Counted from the stretch's first letter, positions 28,831 to 38,534 are shown. The stretch is DNA of 64,000 nt from Candidatus Dormiibacterota bacterium (GCA_027306595.1 DAHUZI010000111.1:89783-153782); one strand, 5' to 3'. Translations and numbers: made by a program. Notes: generated by a model from the sequence alone, not told the origin.

Positions 28831-30644
28831 GAATTCACCAGGGACCAGGTCTCGGGGTAGATGTGCCCGGTCGGGTCCTGGGCGGTGACCCCGCGCAGGT
28901 GAGGGCTGATCACGGAGATCTGGTAGTCGCTGTTGGGCATCCACAGGTCGGGAAGCTGGGCGGCGATGTAGTCCTGGTAGCGGGTGAGGGCAGCCAGGCC
29001 CGGTTGGACATGGCTGGCCGCGATCAGGCGGTCGGCGGTCGCGCTGGCGTAGTGGCCCGTGTTGATGGGCGCGCCGATCCCGAAGATGGTCCCCCCGGTC
29101 GGGTAGTACACGGGGACGTAGGTGATCGACGGCGGACCCCAACTCGCCAGCTGCCAGCTGCAGTTGGCGCCCGTCTTCGGATCGCACGAGCCGGTCGCGC
29201 TCAGCAGGTAGCTGTAGGGGGCCTGGCGGAGACCCAGGCGCAGCCCCACCCGAGAGAAGCTCGACTGCAGGGCTTCCATCTCCTGGGTCACCGAGGGCAC
29301 TCCGCTCTGATAGAGGAGGCTGAAGCTCAGCTGCGCCCCGCGGGCGATCCCCGCGCCGCAGGCTCTTGCCCCCCCGCCGGGTCGCGCGCAGGCGGAGACG
29401 CCACCGGGAGTGATCTGCCAGCCGTGATCGCGCAGGAGCGCAAGGGCGTCGGCGACGCTGAACAGATAGGGATTGGAGCGCTCGAAGCTGCTGGCGTAGG
29501 GATTGGCGGGCTGGACCGGCACCGGACCATAGGTGGGCCACCCGTAACCCTTGAAGACGTTGCGGATGTAACTCGGCTCATCGATAAGATGCTGCATGGC
29601 CTGGCGCACGTAGAGCTGGCGGAGGATCGGACCAGCCTGGCGATTCGCGTAGTTCGGCTCGATGAAGGTGAATCCCCAGAACAGCCAGGGCTTGACCTTG
29701 AACCCGCGACTCAGCAGCTCCTGCCGCAGGGCGGTGTCGGTGAAGGGCAGGTAGCCGTAGTCGAGCTGGCCCGAGATGAGGGCGTCGAACTCCGCCGCAT
29801 CGCTGGTGAAGGGGATCTCCTCGATCTTGGCGAGGCGAGGGCGGTCCGGGCCCGCGTAGCGGGGATTGGGGACCAGGACCATGAGGCCTGTGGTGGCGTC
29901 GAAGCCGCTGCCCGGCTCGAGCCGCCAGGGCCCGTCGACCGTCTGCCACAGGGGGTTGGTATCCCAGGTGGTCCGCTGATTGGACTGGGCGTTCAGGAAG
30001 TTGTAGACGGCGACTGCCCCATGTGTGGTCTCGTCGTAGTTGCCGACCGGCGCGGGTGCGGAGGTGCGATCCCAGACCGACTGGGGGATGGGGGTGATCT
30101 GCGAGAGTCCATTGCCGATCAGCCAGTTGCGGTTGTAGGCACGGTCGAACGTGAGGACGACGGTGTCCGCCGAGGGCGCGCGGGCGGAGACGAGCCGATC
30201 GATCCAATCGCCAGGGGAGTAGCAGCACCAGTCAGCCTTGTTGGCACGGATGAGGTTGATCCAGAACGTCACGTCGCGGCTGGTGACTGGGCGGCCGTCT
30301 GACCAGCGGTAGCGGCGAAGGCCAATCGTGACGGTTCGCCCACCGTTGGTGAAGGACGGGGGCCGCCCGATGCTCAGTCGGTAGTTGATGGTGGGTTGGA
30401 TGCTGTTCGTGTGCCCGAACCAGTAGAGCGGGCGCCACATCAGCGGCACCGTGTAGGTGAGGTTGTTATTGCCTGAGTTGGCCCCATCGAGGAGCGGGAA
30501 GATGTAGGTTGGCGGTGCGCCCACCGACTGCGCGAAGGTGGCGGTGCCGCCACTTGCGGCTGACCGGGCCGCGACGGCCGGGGCGGCTGCGCTCCCGAGC
30601 GACGCCAGCGCGGCCGCCGCGAGAAGAGAAGGGTGGCGCAGCAT
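28827..30644 (-). CDS. ABC-transporter substrate-binding protein, family 5, secreted (paralog of 7491..9296)
   Basis: ORF 28827..30776. ATG 30644 follows GGGAGGG. Signal MLRHPSLLAAAALASLGSAAAPAVAA. Alignable by eye with the first SBP (WRPLYW, GGRTVTIGLRRYRWSDGRPVT, VPNPRYAGPDR, QLYVRQA). Confidence 0.85.
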   Translation of the reverse strand: MLRHPSLLAAAALASLGSAAAPAVAARSAASGGTATFAQSVGAPPTYIFPLLDGANSGNNNLTYTVPLMWRPLYWFGHTNSIQPTINYRLSIGRPPSFTNGGRTVTIGLRRYRWSDGRPVTSRDVTFWINLIRANKADWCCYSPGDWIDRLVSARAPSADTVVLTFDRAYNRNWLIGNGLSQITPIPQSVWDRTSAPAPVGNYDETTHGAVAVYNFLNAQSNQRTTWDTNPLWQTVDGPWRLEPGSGFDATTGLMVLVPNPRYAGPDRPRLAKIEEIPFTSDAAEFDALISGQLDYGYLPFTDTALRQELLSRGFKVKPWLFWGFTFIEPNYANRQAGPILRQLYVRQAMQHLIDEPSYIRNVFKGYGWPTYGPVPVQPANPYASSFERSNPYLFSVADALALLRDHGWQITPGGVSACARPGGGARACGAGIARGAQLSFSLLYQSGVPSVTQEMEALQSSFSRVGLRLGLRQAPYSYLLSATGSCDPKTGANCSWQLASWGPPSITYVPVYYPTGGTIFGIGAPINTGHYASATADRLIAASHVQPGLAALTRYQDYIAAQLPDLWMPNSDYQISVISPHLRGVTAQDPTGHIYPETWSLVNS

Positions 30645-30860
30645 CGATCGGCCCTCCCTGCCGGCAACGCCGGCGCTGTGGTGGAGCGTCCAACCTGACG
30701 GCGCCCGCGGGCGGACGTCCCTCGGCGCCGAGGTGCGTGAATGGGTATGAGAGCAGAACCCAAGCGGAGATGTCAACGGGGCGCGTGGCCGCGCCTAGCA
30801 CGGACCGCTCCCCGGGCACGACAATGGGGACAGCCGCTCATACCCAGTCACGAGGGTCCA

Positions 30861-31832
30861 ATGCAGATCACCCACCTCGGTCGCTCCGGTCTCCAGGTCA
30901 GCCGACTCTGCCTCGGCACCATGAACTTCGGGCCCCACACCAACGAGGACGAGGCCCACCAGCTGATGGACGAGGCCCTCGAGATCGGGATCAACTTCTT
31001 CGATACCGCCAACGTCTACGGATGGCGGAAGGGCGAGGGGGTGACGGAGCAGATCGTCGGCCGGTGGTTCGCCAAGGGCGGCGGCCGCCGCGAGAAGACG
31101 GTGATCGCCACAAAGCTCTACGGCTCCATGAGCGACTGGCCGAATGACACCTTCCTGTCGGCCCGCAACATCCGCCGCGCGTGCGAGGGGTCGCTGCGGC
31201 GGCTCCAGACGGATCACCTCGACCTCTATCAGATGCACCACGTCGACCGGTCGACCCCGTGGGACGAGATCTGGGAGGCGATGAGCGTGCTCGTCCAGCA
31301 GGGAAAGGTGCTCTATGTCGGCTCGTCCAACTTCGCCGGCTGGCACATCGCCCAGGCTCAGGAGGTAGCCCGCGCCCGGCACATGGTGGGGCTGGTCAGC
31401 GAGCAGTCCCTCTACAACCTCCTCCAGCGAACGGTGGAGCTTGAGGTGCTGCCAGCCTGCCAGGCCTACGGCCTAGGCGTGATCCCCTGGAGCCCGCTCG
31501 GGGGCGGGCTTCTCGGCGGGATCCTGAAGAAGGCCGAGACCGGAAGGAGTGCATCGGAGAACGTGCAGCAGGAGTTGGCCAAGCGCCGGGACCAGATCGC
31601 CGGCTTCGAGAGCTTCTGCGCCGAGCTCGGGGAGGACCCGGCCACCGTGGCCGTGGCCTAGCTCCTCAGCCATCCGGCGGTGACGGCACCGATCATCGGC
31701 CCGCGGACCGCCGAGCAGCTTCGGGGGGCGGCCCGCGCCGTCGAGCTGAATCTGGAGGCCGGAGCCCTGTCCCGGCTCGACGAGCTCTTCCCCGGGCCGG
31801 GCGGCCCCGCCCCCGAGGCCTACGCCTGGTAG
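30861..31832 (+). pseudogene. Aldo/keto reductase interrupted by an in-frame TAG at 31659-31661 (TGG->TAG at a conserved Trp)
   Basis: ORF 30741..31661 with ATG 30861 (MQITHLGRSGLQVSRLCLGTMNFG). After the TAG the same frame continues LLSHPAVTAPIIGPRTAEQL...PGPGGPAPEAYAW to TAG 31830-31832. This is the normal AKR C-terminus, and the usual motif is (A)W(L/V)L. Confidence 0.7.
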
Positions 31833-32760
31833 GCGCCGGGCCCGCCGGGCGGCAGCTGCGGGAGCAAGCGGGCGAGCTCGTCCGCTGCCGACAGGCCGCC
31901 GCGGGCGCCCGCGCCCCGGGTCGCGAGCGCGCCGGCGACCGCGGCTCGGCGGGCCGCAGCTTCCAGCGCCCCGCCGCCGGCCAGGGTGACGGCCACCGCC
32001 GCGACGGATGCGTCGCCGGCCCCAACTGTATCCGCGGCGTCGATGGGGAGCGCGGGCTGGCGCCAGGCGGGACGTTCGGGCTGCCAGAGCTCCATCCCCA
32101 ACCGCCCGCGGGTGACCAGCACCGCGCCCGCCCCCTGCGCGAGGAGCCCCTCGGCTGAGCCCCCGGCGAAGGCGGCTATCTCGCGCGCATTGAGCACCAC
32201 CGCAGCGCAGCGGCAAAGGAGCGCGGCAGGCAGCCGGCGTGCCGGCGCGGCGTTGAGCACGAATGGACCGCCCGCCGCCGCGACCGCCCCGACAGGGATC
32301 TCGAGGCTGGCCACGACCACCCCGCGGGGACCGGCCAGCTCCGCGACCGACCGCGGTACCGCATCGGCGCGGAGCGTGCTGTTGGCTCCCGGAGCAACGG
32401 CGATCACGTTCTCGCCCCGCGCATCCACCAAGACGACCGCGTCTCCGGTGGGCCGGCCCACAGTCCGCAGGTGGGATCCATCGACCCCTCGCGGGCGAGG
32501 TCGGCTCGCGCGGCGCGCCCGGCTTCGTCGTCCCCGACGGCGCCGACCAGGCTGACCGCCGCCCCCAGACGGGCTGCGGCCACCGCCTGATTCGCCCCCT
32601 TGCCGCCGGCTAGCTGGCGCAGCTCCGCCCTGGTCACGGCCTCGCTGGGGCGGGGCACTCGCATCACCCGCATCACCCAGTCCCGGTTCACCGAGCCGAC
32701 CACGATGATCCGGGCGCGCGCTCCGGACCGTGTACCGCCGGACTCGCCAGAGGCGGGCAC
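31820..32760 (-). pseudogene. rbsK: Ribokinase (PfkB family) with a 1-nt frameshift near 32486-32489
   Basis: The N-terminus lies in the frame of ORF 32404..33426 (GTG 32760; IIVVGSVNRDWVMRV, GGKGANQAVAAARLG, ...ADLAREG). The C-terminus lies in the frame of ORF 31820..32869 (VDGSHLRTVGRPTGDAVVLVDARGENVIAVAPGAN, DTVGAGDA). The two frames join only if the coding-strand G4 run is read as G5. Confidence 0.7.
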
Positions 32761-32762
32761 CG

Positions 32763-33488
32763 TTACCGGCCCGGCGCGGCGCCCCCCGGGGCGAGCGGGA
32801 CCGCGCGGGGGGCCGGCTGCGGAAACCGGCCGAGGGTGAGGAAGCCGACGAACATGACGCAGATTCCAATCGCCTCGGCTGTCCCCAACTGTCCCAGGCG
32901 ACCGCCGGCCGTCTTGGCGACCGAAAATCCAGCGGCGATCACCAGCGCCCCGGCGGTGAGGAGAACGCTGCAGAGCACCCGGTCGGCACCTTGCCGGCTG
33001 CGCACCATGCGGAAGGCGGACCACGCCGAGCCGCCGACCAGCACCAGCGTCCCGACGATGTTGAAGAGGACCGCGGCGACGAAGATCGGGCTCCCCGACG
33101 GGACGATCGCCTTGCCCAGGATCCCCGCCGCCGTGTGCAGGCGGGCCGGGTCCACAGGGACCACGGCCGCATCGATGGCGAGGACCAGGGTGAGCGCGCC
33201 GAGCACGGCCGCGCTCACCTGCCCGACCCGCGGCGGAGCGAGCAGGAACACCGTCCCGAGGGCGAGGTAGATGACGCCGAGCACCCCACCGAGCAGGTAG
33301 AACGCTCGGAAGAGGGCGGGGGTGAATCCCGACGCTTGCCCGACCGCTTGAACCGCGGCCGCGGCGGCGAAGATCACCAGCCCCCCCGTCCAGGCCAGGA
33401 AGGCGGGACGGCCCGATCGCCGCCATCGCCCGGCCACCACCAGGGCGAACGCCCCGGCGAGGACCGCAGCCAGGACCGTGCCTTCCAC
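32763..33488 (-). CDS. Polytopic integral membrane protein, unknown function
   Basis: C-terminal 241 codons of ORF 32763..33866 from GTG 33488 (VEGTVLAAVLAGAFALVVAG...). About 6-7 hydrophobic helices. Its stop is 3 nt before the ribokinase start. Confidence 0.6.
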   Translation of the reverse strand: MEGTVLAAVLAGAFALVVAGRWRRSGRPAFLAWTGGLVIFAAAAAVQAVGQASGFTPALFRAFYLLGGVLGVIYLALGTVFLLAPPRVGQVSAAVLGALTLVLAIDAAVVPVDPARLHTAAGILGKAIVPSGSPIFVAAVLFNIVGTLVLVGGSAWSAFRMVRSRQGADRVLCSVLLTAGALVIAAGFSVAKTAGGRLGQLGTAEAIGICVMFVGFLTLGRFPQPAPRAVPLAPGGAAPGR

Positions 33489-33621
33489 CGTCCCCGCCTC
33501 TCCCAGTCCCCGCCCGCGACGGGCCCTACCCCAGCGACGTGGGGCGAGGGTACCACCCGGCCGGGATGGGCTCCCCGGGTCTGATCGCCCCCCCGACGGC
33601 CCGGTGCGCGAACATGTCCGC

Positions 33622-34587
33622 ATGCGCTCGCTCGACGTGGACGGCCAACCGGTCTCGGTCGTAGGTCTGGGCTGCTGGCAGTTCGGAACCCGCGGCTGGG
33701 GGTACGGGTCGACGTTCGGGGACAGGGAGGCCCACGCGATCGTCGATCGAGCCCTCGAGCTTGGGATCACGCTGTTCGACACCGCCGAGGCGTACGGGCG
33801 GGGACGGAGCGAGCGGATCCTCGGGGCGGCGCTCGGACCGCGGGCGGGCTCGGTGTTCCTCGCCACGAAGTTCCTGCCGGTCCTGCCGACCCCGGGGCGG
33901 CTGGTGCGGGCGCTCGAGCGAAGCCTGACGCGCCTCGGCCGCCCCCAGATCGACCTCTACCAGCTCCACTTCCCCAATCCGGTCGTTCCCCTCCGGCAGC
34001 AGATGTCGGGGATGCGGCGAGTCCTCGACCGGGGATTGGTGCGCCATGCCGGGGTCAGCAACTACTCCCGCCGCCAGTGGCTGGCGGCCGACCGCGCCCT
34101 GGGCCGCCCGATCCTCTCCAACCAGGTTCGGTACAACCTCCTGCAGCGGCGGGCGGAGCGGGAGCTGATCCCGTTCGCCCAGCGGGAGGGGCGGATCGTG
34201 ATCGCCTACAGCCCGCTCGCGCAGGGGGTGCTGGGGGGACGGTACGACGCCGCCACGGCCCCCCGCGACCTCCGTCGCGCCAACCCCCTCTTCACGCCCG
34301 CGAATCTGGAGCGGGCCGCCGCTGTCCTGGCCGCCTGCCGCGACGTCGGCAGGACCCACGGGGCCACCCCCGGACAGGTCGCGCTGGCGTACTGCTGCTC
34401 GCAGCCGGGGGTGGTCGTGATCCCCGGGGCCCGATCGGTCGCTCAGGTGGAGGCGAACGCCGCCGCCGCGGACCTCGTCCTCGGCGCCGAGGAGAGCGCC
34501 CGCCTCCGCGCGGCGGCGGTGGCCTTCATGCCCGATCGGCGCCGAGCGGCGGCGCAGCTCGTCCGGCGGTTCCTTTCCGGGTCCTGA
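33622..34587 (+). CDS. Aldo/keto reductase (intact)
   Basis: In-frame part of ORF 33478..34587. ATG 33622 gives MRSLDVDGQPVSVVGLGCWQFG. Shows LFDTAEAYGRGRSE, IDLYQLH, VSNYS, VIPGARS. Confidence 0.85.
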   Translation: MRSLDVDGQPVSVVGLGCWQFGTRGWGYGSTFGDREAHAIVDRALELGITLFDTAEAYGRGRSERILGAALGPRAGSVFLATKFLPVLPTPGRLVRALERSLTRLGRPQIDLYQLHFPNPVVPLRQQMSGMRRVLDRGLVRHAGVSNYSRRQWLAADRALGRPILSNQVRYNLLQRRAERELIPFAQREGRIVIAYSPLAQGVLGGRYDAATAPRDLRRANPLFTPANLERAAAVLAACRDVGRTHGATPGQVALAYCCSQPGVVVIPGARSVAQVEANAAAADLVLGAEESARLRAAAVAFMPDRRRAAAQLVRRFLSGS

Positions 34588-34611
34588 CCCAGGCTCGACC
34601 GGGGGAGCTGG

Positions 34612-35265
34612 TCACCGTGGGCCGCAGCCGTCGGGCTCGCGGTCCGCCGTCGGCTCCGGGCCCACGAGCCAGCGCTCCAGCTTCGGCTCCAGCCGTCGGC
34701 GGCCGAGGACTGCGACCAGCCCGAGGGCGACCGCCAGGACCGCCGCCGCGAGCAGGCCCACCGCCGCGATGGTCGCGACGTAGCGCTCGGCGGCGTGCCC
34801 GAGCGTGTAGGCCAAGGACCCGTACCCGGCCGCCCAGCCGACCCCCCCGAGGGCGTTGAAGAGCAGGAAGCTCCGATAGCGCATGCGGGAGGCCCCCGCG
34901 ACCAGGGCCGTGATGGTCCGCAGCACAGTGATGAATCGGGCGAGGACGATCGCCACGGGGCCCCGACGGGCGAAGAACCGCTCGACGAGCCCGAGTCGCC
35001 GCTCGGTCACCCCGATGCGCCGGCCTGCCCGCAGAAGGAGCGGCCGACCGGCGATCCGGCCGATGAGGTACCCGAGGTTGTCCCCCACGATCGCCCCCAG
35101 GGCGGCGCAGCCGATGATGGGGCCAAGGCTCAGGCGGCCGGTCGTCGCCGCATACACGCTGGCGGCCAGCAGGACGGTCTCGCCCGGGAAGGGCACCCCC
35201 ATGCTCTCGAGGAGGGGAGCGACGAACACTGCGAGGTAGCCGTAGGTCTGGACCAGGTGGGTCAT
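34612..35265 (-). CDS. DedA-family membrane protein
   Basis: C-terminal 217 codons of ORF 34612..35745. ATG 35265 gives MTHLVQTYGYLAVFVAPLLESMGVPFPGETVLL. Shows GDNLGYLIGR. Confidence 0.85.
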   Translation of the reverse strand: MTHLVQTYGYLAVFVAPLLESMGVPFPGETVLLAASVYAATTGRLSLGPIIGCAALGAIVGDNLGYLIGRIAGRPLLLRAGRRIGVTERRLGLVERFFARRGPVAIVLARFITVLRTITALVAGASRMRYRSFLLFNALGGVGWAAGYGSLAYTLGHAAERYVATIAAVGLLAAAVLAVALGLVAVLGRRRLEPKLERWLVGPEPTADREPDGCGPR

Positions 35266-35356
35266 GCCAGCGCCGGCCGGGAAAGCGCCCCGTCCGGGGT
35301 CCACAGCGGCATGGTCGCCATGGTCGCACGGCGCGCGAGGCGTAGGATGGGCTGGG

Positions 35357-37270
35357 ATGGCGCATCCAAATGGGCGTGGGGCCGCGGGCCAGACCGCGGC
35401 CGAAGGGCTGGGCCCGGTCGTCAACGACTTCACCCTCACAGCGGCCACCGTCAACGGCTCGGGGAGCCAGTCCGCCAACCTGGTGCTGACCCGGGCCCTG
35501 TTCGCGATGGGGATCCCGGTCGCCCCCAAGAACGTCTTCCCCTCCAACATCGAGGGCCTGCCGACCTGGTTCAACGTCCGTCTCTCCCCCCGCGGGTACC
35601 AGGCCCGCCGAGCCCACACCGACATCCTGGTGGCGCTCAACGCCCAGACCTGGCAGGCGGACGCCGCCGGGATGCCGTCCGGCGGGGTGGTGATCCACGA
35701 GGCGACCCTGCCCCGGACCGGCGACGCCGCCCGCGAGGACTGCACCTTCTACCCGGTCCCATTCCAGCGGCTGGCCAAGGAGCGGGTCGCCAACCCCGAC
35801 CTGCGCAAGTACCTGACCAACATGATCTATGTGGGCGTGGTCGCCGAGCTCCTCGGCATCGAGGACGCGGCCCTCGGCTCCGCCTTGGACGCTCAGTTCC
35901 GCTCCAAGCCCCGGGCACGGTCGTCGAACCTGGAGGCGATCGAGATGGGCCGGTCGTACGTTCGAGAGTCCCTGGTGAAGCAGGACGGCTTCCGGGTCGA
36001 GCGGATGAATGGGACCGAAGGCGAGCTCCTCGTCGAGGGCAACCTGGCCGCGGCGCTCGGCTGCCTCATGGGCGGCTGCACCGTGATGGCCTGGTATCCC
36101 ATCACCCCGTCGTCCTCGCTCTGCGAACACCTCATCGCCCTCGCCGACCGCTACCGGACCGACCAGGCCACCGGGGAGCGCCGGATGGCCACCATCCAGG
36201 CCGAGGACGAGCTGGCGGCGGTCGGGATGACGCTGGGGGCCGCCTGGGCCGGGGCACGAGCGATGACCTCGACCTCGGGGCCGGGGATCTCCCTCATGGC
36301 CGAGTTCGTGGGATTCGGCTATTTCGCCGAGGTGCCAGCGGTCATCTTCGACATCCAGCGGGTGGGCCCATCGACCGGGCTGCCGACCCGAACCATGCAG
36401 GGCGATGTCTCCTCCGCCTACACCCTCTCCCACGGGGACACCCGTCATCCAGTCCTGCTCCCCGGCACCGTCAGCGAGTGCTACGAGCACGCCCGCCTCG
36501 CCTTCGACCTCGCCGACCGCTTCCAGACGCCGGTCTTCGTCCTCTCCGATCTCGACCTCGGCATGAACCTCTGGCGGTCGCGGTCGTTCGCCTATCCCCA
36601 GGGGCCGTTCGACCGGGGCAAGGTCCTGTCCGCCGACGACCTCGAATGCCTGGGGGCACCGTTCGCCCGCTATGCCGATGTCGACGGCGACGCGGTCCCC
36701 TGGCGGACCCTGCCCGGAACCGACCACCCTGGGGCCGGCTACTTCACCCGCGGGTCGGGTCACGACGACCACGCCCGCTACACCGAGAGCTCGACCGCGT
36801 ACCGAGGGACCATGGAGCGGCTGGCGCGGAAGTTCGAGACCATTCGCCGCGCGATGCCCGCCCCGCTGTGCCTCGAGGAGGGGTCCGAGATCGGCCTCAT
36901 CGCCTACGGCAGCAGCGACGCCGCAGTCGGCGAGGCGCGCGACATGCTGGCGGAGCGAGGGATCGACAGCGACTACTGCCGGGTCCGGGCGCTGCCGGTC
37001 CACGCCGACGTCGAGGGCTTCGTCGCCCGCCATCCCCGGGTCTACGTGATCGAGCAGAACCGAGACGGACAGCTCTTCAGCATCCTGCGCAGCGAGCTGG
37101 CGGCGGCGCTGGGGACGCGGCTTCGGTCCGTGCGCTACTTCGACGGTGACCCGATCCCGGCGGACGCCGTGATCGAGGGGGTGCTGGCGCAGGAAGAGGC
37201 GCCGGCGCAGGCGGCCGACGGGCTGCTGGCGGCCGCAGCGGCGACGACGACCACAGGAGGCCGCGGATGA
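35357..37270 (+). CDS. korA: 2-oxoacid (2-oxoglutarate):ferredoxin oxidoreductase, alpha subunit
   Basis: ORF 35264..37270, ATG 35357. Shows TAATVNGSGSQSANLVL, GNLAAALGCLMGGCTVMAWYPITPSS, TSTSGPGISLM, FDIQRVGPSTGLPTRT. Confidence 0.9.
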   Translation: MAHPNGRGAAGQTAAEGLGPVVNDFTLTAATVNGSGSQSANLVLTRALFAMGIPVAPKNVFPSNIEGLPTWFNVRLSPRGYQARRAHTDILVALNAQTWQADAAGMPSGGVVIHEATLPRTGDAAREDCTFYPVPFQRLAKERVANPDLRKYLTNMIYVGVVAELLGIEDAALGSALDAQFRSKPRARSSNLEAIEMGRSYVRESLVKQDGFRVERMNGTEGELLVEGNLAAALGCLMGGCTVMAWYPITPSSSLCEHLIALADRYRTDQATGERRMATIQAEDELAAVGMTLGAAWAGARAMTSTSGPGISLMAEFVGFGYFAEVPAVIFDIQRVGPSTGLPTRTMQGDVSSAYTLSHGDTRHPVLLPGTVSECYEHARLAFDLADRFQTPVFVLSDLDLGMNLWRSRSFAYPQGPFDRGKVLSADDLECLGAPFARYADVDGDAVPWRTLPGTDHPGAGYFTRGSGHDDHARYTESSTAYRGTMERLARKFETIRRAMPAPLCLEEGSEIGLIAYGSSDAAVGEARDMLAERGIDSDYCRVRALPVHADVEGFVARHPRVYVIEQNRDGQLFSILRSELAAALGTRLRSVRYFDGDPIPADAVIEGVLAQEEAPAQAADGLLAAAAATTTTGGRG

Positions 37271-38316
37271 CCGCTACCGCCACCCCGCCCCCCGCGGCCG
37301 GGCCCCGAAACCGGATCGGGATCGGGCGCGAGACGTACAAGGGTCTGCCCACCACCCTGTGCGCCGGCTGCGGCCACAACTCGATCACCAACCACCTGAT
37401 CAAGGCGCTCTACGAGTCGGCGATCCCCCCCCACAGGCTGGCCAAGACCAGCGGGATCGGCTGCTCCTCCAAGGCGATCGCGTACTTCGTCGAGTCCGCC
37501 CATGGGCTGAACGCGGTCCACGGCCGGATGCCGTCCATCACCACCGGGGCCAAGCTGGCCGACCGCGAGCTGGTGATGGTGGGGATCAGCGGCGACGGCG
37601 ACACCGCCAGCATAGGTTTGGGGCAGTACTGCCATCTGATCCGGCGCAACGTGGACTGCACCTACATCGTCGAGGACAACGGCGTCTACGGGCTCACCAA
37701 GGGCCAGTTCTCCGCCACCGCCGATATCGGGTCGGTGCAGAAGAAGGGGCAGGTGAACGAATTCGAGACCATCGACATCTGCGGGCTGGCGGTCGAACTC
37801 GGCGCCTCGTTCGTCGCCCGCAGCTTCTCCGGTGACGGCAAGCAGCTGGTGCCGCTCCTTCGAGCGGCCTTCGCCCACCGCGGCACGGCGGTCCTCGACG
37901 TCATCAGCCCCTGCGTCACCTTCAACGATCACGAGGGGTCGACCAAGAGCTACGAGTACGTCAAGGCGCACGACACCGTGCTCCAGGAGCTCGACTTCAT
38001 CCCCGCCGACCGGGAGATCGTGGTCGACTACCCGGAGGGCACAACGACGACGGTGCGCCTCCACGACGGGTCCGAGATGGTGCTGCGCAAGCTCGGCCCG
38101 GAGCACGACCCCAGCGACCGTCTGGCTGCGCTGCGGGTGGTGCTCGAGGGCCGGAGCCGGGGCGAGCTCGTGACCGGGCTCCTCTACGTGGACCCTGAGA
38201 TGGCCGACCTCACCGAGCGCGAGCGGCTGCCCCAGGTGCCCCTGCGCGACCTCGGGGAGGCCGAGCTGCGCCTGTCGCCGGACGCATTCGCGCAGCTGCT
38301 GGCCGAGTGGGCCTGA
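37267..38316 (+). CDS. korB: 2-oxoacid:ferredoxin oxidoreductase, beta (TPP-binding) subunit
   Basis: ORF 37267..38316, ATGA overlap with korA. Shows LCAGCGHNSI, GISGDGDTASIGLGQ, IVEDNGVYGLTKGQ. Confidence 0.9.
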   Translation: MTATATPPPAAGPRNRIGIGRETYKGLPTTLCAGCGHNSITNHLIKALYESAIPPHRLAKTSGIGCSSKAIAYFVESAHGLNAVHGRMPSITTGAKLADRELVMVGISGDGDTASIGLGQYCHLIRRNVDCTYIVEDNGVYGLTKGQFSATADIGSVQKKGQVNEFETIDICGLAVELGASFVARSFSGDGKQLVPLLRAAFAHRGTAVLDVISPCVTFNDHEGSTKSYEYVKAHDTVLQELDFIPADREIVVDYPEGTTTTVRLHDGSEMVLRKLGPEHDPSDRLAALRVVLEGRSRGELVTGLLYVDPEMADLTERERLPQVPLRDLGEAELRLSPDAFAQLLAEWA

Positions 38317-38364
38317 GCCGGCGCGCCGAGTCCCGACGTCCCCACCGGGACCCGTGACGCCGGC
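38317..38364 (+). terminator. GC-rich nested hairpin immediately after the korB stop (no U-tract)
   Basis: Outer arms GCCGGCG (38317-38323) and CGCCGGC (38358-38364). Inner arms GTCCCG (38330-38335) and CGGGAC (38346-38351). Confidence 0.3.
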
Positions 38365-38534
38365 GGGCGCCTCAGATCCCCCACCCCGCCGGCTCGAGGG
38401 TCCCGTCCCCCGCCGCGAAACTTTCAGCCGCTTCTCAGGCAACTGGCGCCTGGACCCCCTACCGTGACCGGGCAGCAAGCAGGATCCGTCGCGGGCGCTC
38501 CTCCCCCCCGCGACCTTCGGATGGAGACCGCGCG

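Noticed and set aside
31659-31661. TAG as a recoded sense codon (pyrrolysine or programmed read-through) in the AKR
   Set aside because: No pyl genes are in view, TAG terminates neighbouring genes normally, and the position corresponds to a conserved Trp (TGG). A point mutation or base-call error is the simpler explanation.
32480-32495. Programmed ribosomal frameshift in the ribokinase
   Set aside because: There is no X-XXY-YYZ slippery heptamer and no obvious downstream structure. The lesion sits in a 4-nt homopolymer, consistent with an indel.
34526-37149. 835-aa (-) and 784-aa (+) ORFs overlapping korA
   Set aside because: The korA frame (35357..37270) carries unmistakable OFOR-alpha blocks. 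The alternative frames are compositional shadows.
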